Below, one piece after another: positions 12,622 through 25,412 of a stretch of DNA of 64,000 nucleotides. The first letter of the stretch is position 1. Every line of letters begins with the position of its first letter. The translations under genes were made by a program, and so were the position numbers. Source of the stretch: Lytechinus pictus (taxonomy: Eukaryota). The stretch lies in NCBI RefSeq assembly GCF_037042905.1, contig NC_087252.1, forward strand, positions 25,360,001 through 25,424,000. The letters are read 5' to 3'. A model generated the notes under the pieces. It worked only from the letters and a program-made list of their open reading frames with translations, ran no database searches and was not told the DNA's origin.

Positions 12622-13449
12622 CCCGGGGGGGGGGTGGGGCAGTCAAATATATTGCTGTACACACGTAGTCTGCAGGCACAGACCCTGATTGGAACTTTGA
12701 TCAATAAGTGTGCCTCCACGCAAAGACTAGCACATACAAAACTTGCTGTTCCAATAGTCTGCAGGCACAGACCCTGATTGGAACTTTGATCAATAAGTGT
12801 GCCTCCACGCAAAGACTAGCACATACAAAACTTGCTGTTCCAATACTGAGCGAGAGAACCTTCAGTACACAAGGCATGAGTAGGCTGCACATTCAGACCC
12901 TTAACTCGAGTGAAGGGTTTGCCCAGCAGACTAGTACACACGCGTGACCAAAACAAAAATGCGTGTGAAGGTATTTTTTTCAGTTTTGGACGAGGGCCGC
13001 GCGTACACTCGTTAAGGGTATTAAAAACACCGATTTTTTTTTTTAAAAGTGGTTTTGAAAGACTGGTCAATGGTCAATCGCGGGGTCAAACGTATTTGGG
13101 GTATTTTTTTCCAAAGCTTATTTTTAAGACCAGCCAAACGTGTTTAGGGTATGTTTTTCCCCCGGGGTTTTTCCTCTTCGTTTCTGAAAAGAGTTCGGGT
13201 TCTTCCTGATTGTAAGCAGCGGACCTGCTGGGAAACGGGAAAACGGTCGTGAAATTTGTCAAACTTGTTTATAGGGGTCATATTTTGGCGACAACTTTTT
13301 TTGGGGCCAAAATGTGTCAATGAAACCCGCGAAAAACTTGTTTAGAGGGTTATTTTGCACACAGAGAAAAACTCGTTTAGGGGTGTTTGGAAATAATTTG
13401 GTCACGCATGTGTACAACAATACATTTGACTGCCCCCCCCCCCCCCCGG
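12622..13449. mobile_element. CCCGGG(G)n-ended MITE with 8-bp TSD
   Basis: TSD CATGGAGT at 12614-12621 and 13450-13457. TIR (G)nCAGTCAAAT.TATTG.TGTACACA. An uninterrupted copy lies at 36840-37288. Confidence 0.88.
12666..12933. mobile_element. TAG...CTA-ended mini-element with 9-bp TSD and an internal 89-bp tandem duplication
   Basis: TSD GTACACACG at 12657-12665 and 12934-12942, TIR TAGTCTGC/GCAGACTA, and 12666-12754 repeated at 12755-12843. Absent from the 36840 copy of the host. Confidence 0.85.
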
Positions 13450-13838
13450 CATGGAGTACCCCTTTAAAGCAGACTGTTAACAAGTATTGTGGTGGGAACG
13501 GGCCTACTGGGAAACGGGGAAAACGGTCGTGAAATTTGTTAAACTTTTTTAGGGGCCATATTTTTGCGACAACTTTTTTGGGGCCAAAAAAAGTGACAAA
13601 ATTTTGCAGCGCTATCTGTGTACGTTCCGGAAAGGTCGAAGGAGGGCGAAGAGTGTGATGGCCCCAATTTCCCTTTAATTGTAAAATCCAGAGGCAAGCA
13701 TGGCAAGAAAGAAGTTTTGAGAAAAAAAATCCTGAGTGATAGAGGGGAAGAGGTTCACAATATGAAGATGTAAAATAGAGGAAGGAGAATGGGTGAATTA
13801 GCATGTGCAAGGCCTAGTTTTGCATACGAGAATCAAGC

Positions 13839-14675
13839 CTGGGGGGCCCCGTTTCATAAGATTACCTATTGTAACTTTGCCATTAATATGACAACTTCCA
13901 TGGTAACTTGGCTGCACCCCCCCCCCCCCTGAATATTTTGGGCCTATAGCTAGGCCTATGGGGATGACAATACACAGTTAAAATAGGCAACCGGACTCAG
14001 CAACCAATCACAAGCAATTAGGTTTCCATGGTAGTTACAATTAATATTAACGGTTACAATTTTAAGTCTTAAAGGAGAATGAAACCCTTGAAACCAGCTG
14101 AATCCATATCAAAGAGAAAAATCAAAGAAACATATTGTTGAAAGTTTGAGGAAGATTGAATGAATAATAAGAACGTTATGAGCATTTGAATATTGAGATC
14201 ACTAATGCCATGTAGATCCTCCTATTGGCAATGCGACCAAGATCTGTGATGTCACACACGTACAACACCCTCATTACTTTAGTACTTATTTCACTTATAT
14301 TCTCACTTTTATAGAGTCTTTCACAAGGTATGGTGTTCTTTTTATGAGAGGACAAGTACAGAGGTTTCACAACATTATATCATTGATGAATCGTTTGTCA
14401 TATGATTAGAATGAGCAAAAAGAGATGTTTTGGGGTATATTTTCAGTGTCCAAAAGGGGAGAGTTGTTCATCTGTGACATCATAGATCTTGGTCGCATTG
14501 CCAATGGGAGGATCTCCATAGCATTAGTGATCTCGACATTCAAATGCTCATAACTCTTCTATTGCTAGTCCTACTTTACTCAAACTTTTGTTGATCTTAT
14601 TCTTTGATTTTTCTGCTTTCACTAAAGCTAACTTGCTCCAAGAGTTTCATTCTCCTTTAATGAAACGGGCATCAG
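13839..14675. mobile_element. Small GGGCCC-ended palindromic MITE interrupted by a TTAA element
   Basis: CCCGTTTCATAAGA at the left pairs with GTCTTAA|TGAAACGGGC, which is split by 14069-14660. Confidence 0.6.
14069..14660. mobile_element. Long-TIR TTAA MITE (Kolobok-like), second copy
   Basis: TTAA-AGGAGAATGAAAC ... GTTTCATTCTCCT-TTAA. Homologous to 10874-11460. Confidence 0.88.
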
Positions 14676-14957
14676 ATGATCAGAAGAAACAATTCCTTAA
14701 TCAATATTACATAATAGTACTAATAAATTGGTTTGACCCTCCTTACGCTAAGCCTTAAATGCTGATAAAAGAATTTCCCCTGCCCCCCCCCCCCCCAGTT
14801 TATTATCATGATTATAGAGCAACCTATCGGCCTAATACTTAATATTGCGGAAATATTTTTTTTTGCTTTTTTGCAGTGATGAATTTGGTATATCGCCCTC
14901 TATTGGGAACCTTAAGTAATACTGGGCGATGAAGTGGCATCATGATCTCTCCACTAA

Positions 14958-15411
14958 TACCGTGTTTACACTTAATCGGCATTTGGTTCTGAACCAATTG
15001 CCGATGCAGAATCGGCATTTGGATTGCGTTTACACGTTGTTACAGCTCGCGGTTCAGAACCGCGAGCCGATGCAAAAACCTGAAATGATACGCATACCTA
15101 CAATATACGTCATAATAAAGACAACGCTGGATCAGTGCGCTTACAATTACGTCACAATGGTAAAGTAATTGAAATGCGCACAAATTGCCGGTGCAGAATC
15201 GGCTTTCTGTTTACACGTAGTAAAAAAGCCGATTCTGCATCGGCTCGCGGTTCAGAACCTACTACTTTAGTGGTGGTGCAAATTGCCGGTTCTGAACCGC
15301 GAGCCGATTCAAGTTGCTCGCGTTTACACGCTGTGAAAAAGCTTATGCTGAATCGGCTCGCGGTTCAGAACCGCGAGCCGATTCAAATGCCGATTAAGTG
15401 TAAACACGGTA
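14958..15411. mobile_element. PIF/Harbinger-like MITE
   Basis: TAA TSD, perfect TIR TACCGTGTTTACACTTAATCGGCATTTG, and internal palindromic GCTCGCGGTTCAGAACCGCGAGC units. Confidence 0.85.
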
Positions 15412-16670
15412 TAAGTGGAGAGATCCAGTGGCATGCGCCTGTTTAATCCAAGTTCATACGAGGTTTGAGCCCTTGTCGCGTCTTTCATAATTATGGTGAC
15501 CGAGGTAGGTCCCCGCTAGAGTAAATAATCATATCTGACAATCACTTATACACTCACACACACCGTGTATAAGTTGATCAAAAATTAGGCCTATATGAAT
15601 TGTAGGCCTATCAGGTCCATGCATGCCCCCCATAAGGTGAAAATGGAACTTTTTATCTATATGATCACTCAGAAATTATTGTGATAAGCATAATTATTTC
15701 AATTACCTTATGTCAGTCATTTCTAAGTTCTAACTCCATGCAACTAGTATAGATATAAGCAGATATATTGCAAGTTGATGTTATAGTGTTTTTCATGATG
15801 GGGGGGGGGGCTGACAAGCCCCTCAATTCCTGTATCAAGTTACCATTTCTATACACCGTGATCGATCTACAATATAAGCCTATATAATTTTGCTTTCTTA
15901 AACATCGATTTTCTTGCTCGGTCGCAAATCCCCCTCGCATAATATAGGAAATGTAGTTTTATTGGTTGACGTCACAACCTTCATGGTTGCCCCTCCCCTC
16001 CGCCATCTATCTCGGGGGGGGGGGGGTCGCTATATGCAGTGACACTTGGCATGATGCGGCCTGTACGCCGTCTGTATGCCAATTAATCGGACAATGCTGG
16101 CACTTTGGATTGGATTTTGCCCTCTTCAACTTTTCACCACACTGCTTTGAATGACGTATATATAATTATATGCAGACCCCCCCCCCCATGAATTTTAAGT
16201 GATAAACAGAGAGAGAAGATGAAAATAGTTCAACGGCTGGGTGTTGGAAAGGATATATGGGCTACAGCCCACAGAACTACATTCTTCTGCATGAGTATAG
16301 TCAACATAACCATGTTGGTAACTAACAACAGTGTGTCGATCCCCAAAAGGGACTAATGGTTAGAAAAAAAAATAAACCAACGTTTTTGGTAAATAAGCAC
16401 AGATAATGTGCATGGACCCCAAACATTTCTCTAAGGAAGAAAAAAGAAAATGGAAGAAGTAGAAAGGGGAAGGGGTGGGGGTAGGCCCTATTTTTTTAAT
16501 ACGTGAAAATCTTACAAAAATTATACTTTTGTAAGAAAAGGACTTTAGCTCGCTCGCAGCCTTTAGAAATTTAGTTATGTCTAGCCCTCTAAAATATTTC
16601 GGCTTATTTACTGATTTAAAGCCATTGGTGTTAATCTGAATATTTTTGATAGCCATATGGCTCAGATAAA

Positions 16671-16863
16671 ACCTGTTAACAAAACACTGAGTAAAATTTT
16701 ACCCAATATTGGGTAGAAAGGGAACATGCACTAAGTTTGCTGTGTATTTTTTTCCATATTGGGCTATTTCAACGCAAGATATTGCGTAAAAATTATCTTT
16801 TTCCGTCTACCAACATGTATGTTCCCATTTTACCCAATAACGGGTAAACCTTTTTACAGAGTG
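16671..16863. mobile_element. CACT-ended MITE family, degenerate copy
   Basis: GTAAAATTTTACCCAATATTGGGTAGAAAGGGAACATG shared with 38013-38234 and 49755-49984. Confidence 0.7.
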
Positions 16864-18415
16864 AACTTAGACTACAGATATGGAGTACCATATAGTTCAC
16901 AAATATGATTCACAAATTAAAAATTTATTCGGATATAGGCGTACTTCTGCAATCTATTTTGTCAACAAAATTAATCGAGTCGTTAAATGGGAAGAGTATA
17001 GGAAATTAAATGAAAAAAAAAATTTAATTATAACAAGACGGTGTATTATAATTGCCACGAATATAAAGTCATATTGTAGAATTTCATGGTTTAAAATTCT
17101 ACCTTATATAGACTACGGTTAAACCCATTCAGGTTTAATTATCAGAATACTCCTCATGTTTGAACTTCAATAATTTCTTGGCAGTGATCCCATGTCAACG
17201 CAACGAATGTCCAAGGTCCTTGTTTGTTTTTGGACTTGACTCGTGTTTATAATCTTTATAATTGATGTCAAGTGCACTTTTAGCTTCACTCCTGAAAGAC
17301 TTGAATACATATGCCTAAGGATGTCCCATTAAACAATGTCTACGACCGAGAAATATTTCAACGCGGATGGGGTGGTGAGAAAGCCTATAAGTTTACATTC
17401 TTTCGGGCATATAACTAACTGCCTCGATTTCACCTTCACGATATGCCCTTCACTCTTCCGGTCTCACTTTTACATCCTCTCTATATAGCTGCTATTCCTA
17501 CCCCATCAAAATGTACCGTTCTCGATATATTTGCAATATCGGTACTGATGCAGACCCCCCCCCCCCCATAAAAATAAAACCGCAGCCTTTGGAACAGCAA
17601 ATTATTATCATGAGACAGCTGGAGTCCCTCGATCTGATGTTGAAATGAAATTTCACAATCCATACAAAATTGCATACACGTGACTTGCCTGTCATGAAGC
17701 ATTATCATGTCATTGATTAATTTGCCTCAGTCGAAAAAAAGTGCATAATTATGACCATTTAGGCCAACGATATATACTGGGGTTTTTATGATTTTTTTCC
17801 AGAGCATTTATGATTTATGCAAATAGGGGCCTATTTGAACAATATTATTCTTGTAGGCTACTTCGAATGGGAGTTCAGTTCACTAGCTCTAGCTGACATT
17901 GAGTTGCTTTTATTATATAAAGTTTTGTTTAATTCTGTCTTGTTATAATGTTATTTTTATGTTGAATTAATGTTTGGTTTTGATGATAATCCTTGAATAT
18001 CGGGATTTTTATCACTAACCTTTGATTTTTTCACTACTTGAGAGCAATGAGATCTTGAGGGAAATGCAAGGGAATTTTGATTGAGGGGGCAAGACGAACT
18101 ATTTTTTGCTTTTTTTTTTTTATTATTATTCAGTTTTTAATTAAAATTTTTACCTTTTCTTACACCTTTTTTGTCAATATAGGACTACTTTTAAAATGCA
18201 CATAGAGGTGGACCCGATTTCCCTGAGCGGCTGTTTGTTCTTCCTTTTTCTAATGCGATTATAAATTATCATATAGAAAATATCGTTATGCAAAATAGAA
18301 GTCACAGTTAAGCTATAATTACCTCTGTCGGAATCTTTGCAAAAAAAAAAGGAAAAAGAAGAAGTAGATGAATTCAATTGAGCAGAGGTCAATTAAATGT
18401 GGACAGCCACCCAGA

Positions 18416-19914
18416 CAGTGGCGTAGCTACGGGGGAGCCTGGGGGGGGGGGGGGGGGGGCACGTGCCCCCCCCCTGAGATTTGGTGTGCCCCCCCCCCAG
18501 GTGCCCCCCCTGAAAAAAAATGGCAGAGCAAAAAAAAAGGGAGAAAGAAGAAAAGAAAAAAGGAAAAGAAGAAGAAAGACAGAAGAAAAAAAAAGAAGAG
18601 GAAAATAAGAGGAGGAAGACGAGTGAATGATATAATGTGAGGGGAAGACTTGCACAAAAAAAAATCCTTCATGTTACTTTATAAAATTTTTGCTTGCGCT
18701 TCGCGCCAGAATTGCCTGTTCGATGAGATTCATATCTTGCTCAATAGGCTGATATGGAGCAAGTTTTGAAGTCAATATACAAACATATTTTAGCTCGGAC
18801 ATCGAGCTTTCATTATTTTCTTTCATTTACAAATTTAAGTGCTCTGTAAAATGTCAATTTTATGGTCTACATATCAGCATTTTAAGCTCACGCTGCGTGG
18901 TCACATTGTTTGATTTGCCAAGTTCATATTGTCTACGTGTCCCGGCTACGTGTATTCCATAATGTTCCATTAAACAAATGTATTCAGAATGCCCAGATTC
19001 TAGGTCTAAATCTAAAACATGCGCGATAGCCTGCATGTTCTTTATTTAAAATGTACTTAAATTATCCAGTTTCACATCAAAATATCAATAATTGTCTGCT
19101 CACGCTTCACGATCGCATTATTAATGATACCCAATTAACTATATCCTATTTATGATTTACAAAATATGAATATAGTGTCCCGCTTTTAGGTCTAAAATCT
19201 AAATTTTCTTCCTCTCGCGCTTCGCGCTCGCATCAATTGTTTAGTTACATAACTATCCTATTTATTAATACAAAAAGTGCTTAGAATGACCATTTTTTTA
19301 GGTCGGAATGTCACAAAAATTTGCTCGCGCTTTGCGCTCGCATTATTGAAATATATACCATCTTCCTTAACAGGTCCCTTTTCGATAATGCTAGAACAGT
19401 TAATAAAAATTTCTGCTAACGCTTGGCGTTCGCAGTAACCATCTAGTTACATACGAATCTTGTTCAGGATCACACATTGATTGATTGATTTTATTTGTCA
19501 GGTAACTATGAACAAGTACAAGGAAATATAAACAGAAATGTATACCTTGACAGGATTACCCATGAAAGCCGAGATGGCTTATTTCCAATGGGGTCCTTAA
19601 ACATAACATTGCCCAGAATATCAAATTTTCAGGACAAAATACATGAAAGTAAAAAAAAATCGCTTGCGCTTCGCGCTCGCACTTTTTATAAGGCTTATGA
19701 GATTATTTCATGTTTATGTTGTTTTATAAGAATAAAACTGAGAAGGGACTGATCGGGGAAAATATAGGTGAAGATAATTTCGGGCCCCGTCCCCTTTTGA
19801 CGAAAGTCGGATCCGCCCTTGTGACACATACACACACCGGAAAAATGGTGCCCCCCTGAAAAAGCAAGGACCCCCCAGTGCCCCCCCAGGAAAAAAATCC
19901 TAGCTACGCCACTG
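18416..19914. mobile_element. hAT-like non-autonomous element, 1.5 kb
   Basis: TIR CAGTGGCGTAGCTA/TAGCTACGCCACTG, 8-bp TSD CACCCAGA (18408-18415, 19915-19922), and internal periodic CTCGCGCTTCGCGCTCGC. Confidence 0.9.
19480..19605 (-). mobile_element. 3' stub of an L2/CR1-type LINE inserted in the hAT-like element
   Basis: (ATCA)n tail next to AATAAA on the - strand, flanked by an ACATTG direct repeat. Confidence 0.55.
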
Positions 19915-20155
19915 CACCCAGACCTCCCGAAAAACAATCAAATAAATAAACAAAATTGCTTATAATTTTTATGTATTGATATATGTGTGGCGTCGCGCAA
20001 AAACCAGACTATTGGTGAGAGACAATGAATGCGCTAGGACGTCATTTAAATACGCGTGTCATCAAACTTTTGTCTGGCGCGCGTCGCGAGGAAAAACAAA
20101 ACAAACAACCCGCGGGAAATAAAAAAAAATGTCAGGCGCATTTTTATTTTTCAGA

Positions 20156-22500
20156 ACTGTGGATATCGGCTCGATATATTTGGTGGATGGCGGGTTCGGA
20201 TACATGTTGATTGAATTTAATTCCCTTGGCTGAAATCCATGAAGGTAAGTTAAATTATGTTGCAGATTGAGTTGTTTTGTTAAATTAATTGATAATTGCG
20301 ATGCGAGGAACATGGGCATGGCAACTAAACACGTGAATGTGAATTTTGTGTTGCGTGTTTATGTGGATCGATCGAGAGAGAGCTTTTTTAGGAACGTCTT
20401 TAAACGTCAAATTACATGCGACTGCTGCAGCGATTTGCGGTATTTGTCCGGGACTTTGACGGCCTTTTTAAGATCTAACTTATGTATGCCTAGGCTATCA
20501 ACTAGATCTAGATCTGCACCTACTTAGATAGGCCTTCGTTACATACTTGTAACCATTTAAGTTAAATCTATCACATGCAACAAGTTTGTAAAAAATGTAT
20601 ATAAAAAAAAATCAAAATTGGACAAGGAGTAAAAGAGCTATGATAATTTAAAAATATGGATTTCGGTGAAACAGTTCTATGCATGTTTTTATGAATTTAC
20701 TTGACAAACTGATGCAAAGATGTCTCACCTTGTTACATGAAATTATGTTTGTTCTATCCCCCCCCCCCCTCCAAGACTAGATATTAATTAATGCAAAAAT
20801 GTGACATATCATTCACACACGTATGACCAAATAAAATAAGTATGATTTCATGTTTTGTTATAAGAAAAGTTAAAGTGGGGTGTCATCATCAGCCCATCTA
20901 ACGAATATCTATTAAGACGTGCATATAACTGTTTTTATAATGCATGAAAAACCCTTTTAGATCTAGTTGTTTTCAGATTTTGATGAAATTTGCAGCTTTT
21001 GTTTACATTTGATGAAATTATTTTCAGCTCGGAGTACCCTTTTAAATCGGTTAATTATGGACATTTTTCAAATCCCCTCTCCTAACAAATTCTTATTTGT
21101 CGGACTTCTGATTTCAAATTTTTTTTTCGGAGGGGGTGGGGTCTATTTGGTATGAGCTTCACCAAAGATGTGCAAATGATATCGAAATTATAACTCGAAA
21201 ACAGATTGTCACAATTTATAAGAAATTTATTCAAAAATAACAATATATTTTGGGGGCGGGTGTGGGGGGTATTTCTTATTTTCTACAATCTGGTCGAGCT
21301 ACATTACATGAGGTTCGCCAACTTTCTACACAAAATCATTCAATATTTAAAAAAAAAATGAAAAGACATATTTTTGAAAATAAAAACATTTTATAGTTTT
21401 AATTGTTTTTTTTTATAGTTTTTTTTCTTAAGTAGTGTTTTTTTTTAAATAAACTTTAACTCTGAAAATTTGTTAACTAATTGGCCTTGTTTTCTTTCGT
21501 TGTGTTAAACATGTTAAGGGCACGGGATCTACAGAGCAACTGTATTAGTGCAGTGAGGACAAGACATCACCAACATACAGCTGACAGCAGCCCTTCAAGA
21601 AGTACTTTAAGACTCTGATATGGGATTCACCATTACCACAGCTTCAGGTAGCTTTCCATGCTTTATCCATATTCTATATGGAAATAGTGTGCCAGTTTCG
21701 ACCCTTATCATGTCAGTTGTAACCATAGAGATATATACTAATAATACATCTCTATGGTTGTAACCGATTTTTCCACGAATTAATTGCCGTTTTATAAGAT
21801 ATTGTTTAAAAATTACTTTTACCACTATTAGTACATGAAATCTAGAATTATGGAAAATATAAAAAATATAAAATGATAAAAACAATAAAAAATGAAAAAA
21901 TATATAGAATTTGGATAAAGGCTCATGCAGAGAAAGCTTTTTGCAAGTGATATATCAAAATTAAACAATTAAATATGAACATCTCATGAATTTTGGAGGG
22001 ATTTTTTTACCTAACAATAGTTAAATCTTATTATTTTTGGTAGAAAAATATGACATCAGGGAGTACTTCCACCTTTATTAGAAATACAAGTAACATTGAC
22101 ACAAAGCCAAAGAGTGAAAAGTTAATGTATTTTAAATATCATGTTGTTGATAAATGTCCATGAATCATGAAGAAATGAGAGTGTAATGTGACTGTTTTTA
22201 TAACACATTAATATCGGTGAACTTTTCAATTGCATTCATCAAAAATGTAGATTTGAGTCATCGGAACGTGGCATTTTTAAGACTGGAACATGAAGAAAGC
22301 AAACAATGCAGAGGAAGAAAATTATCCCCTTTGGTGAACCCTGCTGACATAGTCTCTCAGATACTGGATTTTCCAAATAGAGGGAATATGATATATGGAA
22401 AGATCTTAGATGAGGACAAGGCACCTCGCGGCCTCCCCGGTAGGAGAGGAAATTGAACAATGAATACATGTTTTACTTTGAATGAACAAACTCTGAAGTT
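20156..22500 (+). ncRNA. Putative spliced lncRNA
   Basis: CpG-rich promoter-like region at 19985-20140 (ATTGG, GACGTCA, TTTAAATA), AAG|GTAAGT donor at 20244, an exon-like block at 21519-21647 with stops in all three frames, and further acceptors at 22250 and 22380. Confidence 0.4.
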
Positions 22501-25087
22501 TTTCGATAAAAAAATTAAACTTAATTTGTAACGTTTGCTAACCCATTAGAAGGATGTCATTGTAGAAAATTGAAATATGGTAAGTTTGCTGCTGTAATAA
22601 GAAGTTTGTGATAATGTTAAACACACACACTAAGGAGAAATTATCGTGTTTTACATCCTTTTTAGTGCAAATTTGGACAGTGGAGAGCGATGCACATTCC
22701 TGAGTTTTGCTAATACTGCTGCATAGAAGAGAGTAAATGTATGTAGTCTCTTCCATATCAAGAATTAAACTCTGATATTATTTTTTTATTCAAGCATAAG
22801 ATGTTTACAACGCATACCATTACACGTGTACAGAGTGTAGCAGAGAAAAGATGACTATGTATTTGTGAGTATTTGTTAGTTATAATACCTGTCGTATTAA
22901 TATGTGGAGCCAAGTTTTTATGCACAGTTTTATTCTTCTTTTCAAACGAAGTGACCTAAAAAAAATCCTTCAGTGATCCAGATAATTTGGCAGCAATTTA
23001 TGAAATATATTTTCATGACTACCCCATCCCTAAAAAGAAACCAAATGTGGTCCATTTCATTAAATGTTGATATGATCCCTTGCTCGAATGAAAACTACCA
23101 TGAAAACAGTGAACCTTCTGCTTCCTGATTCGCTAGTTCAATGAAAGTTGATATTTCATCAAGAGTTGCTGTCATATTAAATCTTTATGAAATGTAGCTC
23201 GCATCAGCTTTTCACCATTGTGTATTGCCACCGAAAAAATTTGGTTTTGCAAAATTGAATTTTGTTTGTGGTTATTTTCCAAAGCTTAAGCATGATTTTT
23301 TTTAGATTTTACTTTGCGAGAAAGTGAAGTATGGACAAACAGCAAGGTGGTGTCTTTTTTTTTGGGGGGGGGGTGGTTAAGGGCAGGGACAAATCTAGGA
23401 TGGAGGTGGGCAGGGGCTTTGGCCCCACTTTTTTTCCCCAGAACGCATGTATAAACATGTAAAAAATTACCATTTGATTGTGATTTTTTTTTTGCATGGA
23501 CAGCCCCTCCTATTTTCAAAAAATGTTCTGCGGCGCCTGTGGGGGTAGGCACCCCCAAAAAAAATGATAAGCTGCCCCCCCCCCCCCAACAACAAAAAAA
23601 TCAGATATATAACCCAACCTCATCTTCCCCTGGTCATTGGATCTGGGAACCTCCTCCCATTTTAAAACTACGCGCTATGACGAACTATATATAGTATGAC
23701 AAATAGTCTCCATAAGGTTTTTTTTTGCATGTAATGTGAGTGTGTGGGTGTGGGTTCTAGTGTGGGTGTGGTTGAATATGTAGAATAATTTGTTTTATTG
23801 TATTCGCCTAGCTGTGTATATATACAAATTATGTTTGCACTACAAAAGATCACCTCGCCTATGCCAGGTATGTTGGGCGTTACAAAAGAACCAACATTTC
23901 CATATCATGAAAAGATGAATAATAAGCCCGACTACCATGACGACCCATACAGCCAGGCAGGGGGGGGGGGTACCCCTGATTCAATTGGCCATATCTCTAA
24001 TTTAAATATGAATTAGACTCTAATATTTTGTATACACATTGTACATGTGTCCATGTACCAGAAAACATAAAAAACACAAAATCCAAAATTTCACCTATAA
24101 TACCCATTTTCCCAGGATGGCCCACATATAATAATCATTGCTAATTAGTGCGTTTGTTCATCTTACATTTTGTCTTAGCTTGTATATTTTATTTTGTGAT
24201 CGTTGCGTGTAAGCCTAAAGCGTGAAACCGCTTTGAACTTGGTCGAACCGGTTTAGAAGTGTTTTAAGTCTAAACAGCATCTTTAATCCATTGAATACAT
24301 CACGGCACTGGGGATTATTTTGTCAACAGTAATGTAGGTAGTCCAATCGATAATTATTAGCTACTATGCATTAAAAAAACAGACAATTTTCGTTGGAAAC
24401 TTCAATAAAGGGGCTATTCAACGTACGGTCAACATAGTCAACAAGAAAAATGAAACAAATTCTTTTGAAGATTACAGACTCTTTGCCTATTCATTGTACG
24501 GCGGATTAGCTGGGAATTAGCCGACTTGTCTTAGAACTTGACGCTTGTCTGTGACGTCATAGTAAAAATATATCCGCCTAATACCATGAGGTAATAAAAC
24601 CAATCATCAATGAGAGGGTGGGGGTGGGTTCTCTGTATTATTTCTCGATAAGTAAACGTCCAATTAATGGAGTTCATCTTGTTCGCTCAATGTTTATGGA
24701 GCGATTAAGTTTCCAAAAATTTCTTCATCTTAATTATCCCACCCCACCCTCTCTAGCTCTCTCTTTCTCCTATAAACCTGATATTACAAATTTCGTGAAA
24801 ATAATCGAATAGTGTGAATTGCTTTTCAATATCTTGGGTCCTACGTACTACAATATTTTTTCCACGTTTTATACCACCTCTTCTGATCAATCGGTCACTA
24901 TCTCTCACCACATGCTTTAACATCGTCTCTCACACTTTTTCTTATCGTCACCCTCTCCCTTTCATTCCTACCCCCTCTCTCTATCCCTCCCAACCCATCC
25001 CCACTCCTACGTTGACAATGCACCCGAGAACCCCCCCCCCAAAAAAAAAAAATGAAATAAAATCATAAAAGAAATAAAAACCTATTC

Positions 25088-25412
25088 GCCCGTATTCTGA
25101 AGTCAGGTTTAACTTGGTACCGTTTAACTTAGACCATGGTCTAACTCTTTGCTAAAAATGATGGGAAGCCAAAGGTGTCAAAATTGGTATTAAGTTGTAT
25201 GTTTCTTATGTTTACTGTGCTCTTTCCTGATTCATCGATGGTGAAGACAATCATCTGTTTATACTTCCTAGATAATTATGAATGATTTGAGAGCCAAATG
25301 AGCTGAAATATGATATATCTACTGTTAGGGATTTGTGTAACAATTGGCTATCCATACTTAAACCTTAAGTTTAAACCAAAGTTTAAGTTAAACTTGACTT
25401 CAGAATACGGAC
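25088..25412. mobile_element. MITE with ~25-bp TIR
   Basis: CCGTATTCTGAAGTCAGGTTTAACTT / AAGTTAAACTTGACTTCAGAATACGG. Confidence 0.75.

Larger units (their letters stand above)
12078..13467. mobile_element. TTAA MITE (outer host of the nested insertions)
   Basis: TTAA-AGGGGTAC ... GTACCCCT-TTAA. Interrupted near its right end. Confidence 0.85.

Noticed and set aside
13259..13810. 183-aa ORF as a possible transposase
   Set aside because: It crosses the boundaries of unrelated elements and has no DDE-like motifs.
18368..18672. Overlapping G/P/K-rich ORFs
   Set aside because: They arise from G/C tracts and a purine run in the hAT-like element end.
24540..24630. CRE, CCAAT and GT-box cluster as a promoter
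   Set aside because: No associated exon or donor was found, and short motifs alone are insufficient.
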